The notes beneath the pieces were generated by a model. It made no database searches. It was not told the origin of the DNA and saw nothing but the letters and a program-made list of their open reading frames with translations. This document shows, in pieces, positions 63,800 through 64,000 of a stretch of DNA of 64,000 nucleotides (position 1 is its first letter; each line of letters starts with the position of its first letter). The DNA comes from Octopus sinensis (lineage: Eukaryota), in the NCBI RefSeq assembly GCF_006345805.1, contig NC_043005.1:67456001-67520000 (forward strand). Direction: 5' to 3'. The translations under genes were made by a program, and so were the position numbers.

Positions 63800-63990
63800 G
63801 AAGTGGGACAGTAGATTAATATCGAGCACATTACTTGAGTGGTACTTGGTTTTATCGATTACGAAAGGATGACTGGGAAAGTCGACCTCGACAGAATAAA
63901 GATTTAGAACAGAAGAGGACGTAACTAAATACCACAAAGTAGTTTTTGGGTAATCTACTGATTCTGCCAATCTATTACCCTTACAAATTA
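63800..63990 (-). mobile_element. Diverged family B-related SINE
   Basis: TGGTACTTGGTTTTATCGAT..GAAAGGATGA..AAAGTCGACCTCGAC. Confidence 0.6.
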
Positions 63991-64000
63991 GTAGAATGAT

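Overview
Eukaryotic, AT-rich, microsatellite-dense nuclear DNA. The SINE families and the (AT)n/(GT)n/(ATAG)n load look like octopus (cephalopod) DNA; this is recognition from memory, not a database result. I found no confidently identifiable host gene, only a few candidate spliced exons and one promoter-like motif cluster. Most ORF-track entries are simple-repeat artefacts. The window is mostly transposon debris: tRNA-derived SINEs, CR1-like and RTE LINE fragments, mariner/Tc1 relics, hAT and Helitron-type non-autonomous elements. The notable component is a set of Penelope-like element (PLE) insertions carrying minimal type I hammerhead ribozyme (HHR) motifs. (1) An ~8.2-kb head-to-head palindrome (51962-60205) has a GIY-YIG endonuclease fragment at its centre, a ~3.7-kb self-complementary 3' region in each arm and an HHR near each end. 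(2) A 2.6-kb tandem-plus-inverted array of a ~548-bp monomer has one HHR per monomer (12711-15281, retrozyme-like). (3) Two miniature fold-backs sit inside HHRs (5179-5360, 31960-32073). (4) A tRNA-headed element has an HHR tail (62425-63015). (5) One PLE has an inverted 5' half (34510-36500). Four unrelated families show the same geometry: two head-to-head arms between (AT)n tracts, one reaching the full 3' end and the other stopping short at an internal AT-rich site. Homopolymer-length differences between repeat copies suggest residual long-read errors, so single-base indels should be treated with caution.
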